Shown: in pieces, positions 63,683 to 64,000 of the stretch
How the letters are laid out: each line of letters begins with the position of its first letter
Numbering within the stretch: the first letter of the stretch is position 1
Origin: the human T2T-CHM13v2.0 reference genome, Homo sapiens
NCBI RefSeq assembly: GCF_009914755.1
Contig: NC_060925.1
DNA length: 64,000 bases
Strand: one strand, 5' to 3'
The notes under the pieces: generated by a model
What the model was told of the DNA's origin: nothing
The model's input: the letters and a program-made list of their open reading frames with translations, nothing else
Database searches by the model: none
Program-made: the position numbers and the translations under genes

Positions 63683-63984
63683 GGCCAGGTGCAGTAGCTT
63701 ATACCAGTAATCCCTTTAGAAGGCCAAGGTAGGAGGATCGCTTGAGGCCAGGAGTTTGAGACCAGCCTAACATACAAGGACCTTTGATTCTGCAAAAGAT
63801 AAAAAGCATTAGCTGGGCATGGTGGTGCTCACCTATAGTCCTAGCTATCCAGGATGCTGAGGCAAAAGGATCATTTGAGCAAAGGAGTTCAAGGTTACAA
63901 TGAGCTGTGATCGCATCACTGCATTCCAGTATGGGTGACAGTTCTTGCTCACAAGAACCTGTCTTTATAAAACAAATGAACAAC
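63683..63984 (+). mobile_element. AluJ
   Basis: GGAGGATCGCTTGAGGCCAGGAGTTTG diagnostic; exact 13-bp TSD TTAACAACAAATA (63670-63682, 63985-63997). Confidence 0.93.
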
Positions 63985-64000
63985 TTAACAACAAATACTT

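Overview
Primate (most likely human) non-coding genomic DNA, intergenic or deep intronic, AT-rich and dominated by transposable elements. I recognise no cellular protein-coding exon, RNA gene or CpG island, and the ORF track is TE-derived or chance. Left part (1-28 kb): old MIR, L2, MaLR/ERVL LTRs, hAT MITEs (MER20, MER103), an AluJ and stretches of unique sequence. 28.1-35.5 kb: a near-full-length minus-strand L1MA-type element carrying a truncated Alu. 37.5-62.3 kb: a five-level nested stack, L1MB > MER21 LTR > MER65-like ERV1 provirus > (HERV9/LTR12 provirus, two inverted Alus, older L1PA > young L1PA), plus a THE1 provirus. The most unusual signals are structural: an unassigned ~505 bp element with ~113 bp inverted arms (25309-25813), a fold-back hairpin in only one LTR of the ERV1 provirus (41985-42098), and a 230 bp gap-free local duplication (11221/12532). 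I see no evidence of a new protein-coding system. Subfamily names come from recalled consensus sequences and need RepeatMasker/Dfam confirmation; many boundaries are approximate.
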